From Lingula anatina (Eukaryota; Animalia; Brachiopoda): DNA of 64,000 nt. The position numbers were made by a program, and so were the translations under genes. The notes under the pieces are model-generated. The model was not told where the DNA came from. It saw only the letters and a list, made by a program, of their open reading frames with translations, and did not search any database. This document shows, piece by piece, positions 63,516-64,000 of the stretch (its first letter is position 1; every line of letters starts with the position of its first letter). The stretch is from NCBI GenBank assembly GCA_051362555.1, contig CM120643.1, forward strand, positions 19,472,848 through 19,536,847, read 5' to 3'.

Positions 63516-64000
63516 GTAAGTGAATTCTCAGGTACCTGTTCCGTCCGGGTCAACACATTTGGGACAGAGAGGAGTTAGGTGCTCCTTGTTACCTTGTTGT
63601 AGGCGGATAGTCATACATGAAATGCAGCCCAAGATAAAAAAGTATCAATGGTTTACGATGTTGTATTTTAATCTATGAGAGAGAAGGCAGTTGAATCACG
63701 GTCCAGGAGTAAGGCACCAGGTAAGGTGATGGTTTTGTAGCAATATCTGCATGGTCTATGGCATATTGCATGTCACGCATCATGATCCCATCGATTAACG
63801 AGAGAGCGATTTCCATGTCACACATTATACCACTAGTGAAAAGTCCTCGCCCGATTTCATTTGTCTTCTACCTCGTTAGTGTTTGTGAATTTGAGTGCTC
63901 TTCTTTGTTGAAATTTGCTTGTAAGGAACACCTGATGTTCTTCCGTTAACGGACGGTAATTTTAATAATTTAGAAGAGCCGCATATAACGTGACCCAGAA

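Overview
AT-rich invertebrate (probably lophotrochozoan-type) nuclear DNA with spliced GT-AG genes. It is not prokaryotic and has no CRISPR array. I assembled four complete multi-exon genes and the start of a fifth by reading splice sites and codon phases. (1) RREB1/hindsight-like C2H2 zinc-finger gene (+, CDS 8780-34950, ~2605 aa), with a probable internal alternative first exon. (2) NOP9 (-, 46257-37430, ~699 aa). (3) An uncharacterised secreted-protein gene (+, 41912-44485, ~307 aa) nested antisense inside NOP9 intron 3. (4) AFG3L2 m-AAA protease (+, 46573-58679, ~817 aa), head-to-head with NOP9. (5) The first coding exon of a PDZ protein that looks like neuronal-type nitric oxide synthase (+, from 62531). 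The first 7 kb is a nest of repeats. It holds a 3.88-kb P-element-like insertion (perfect 31-bp TIRs, 7-bp TSD, an empty-site paralogue in the same window) carrying decayed spliced cargo ORFs, plus two minimal hammerhead-like motifs. Introns hold many MITEs and palindromes, and several minisatellites are anchored on splice sites. All gene models are manual and unverified by RNA data.
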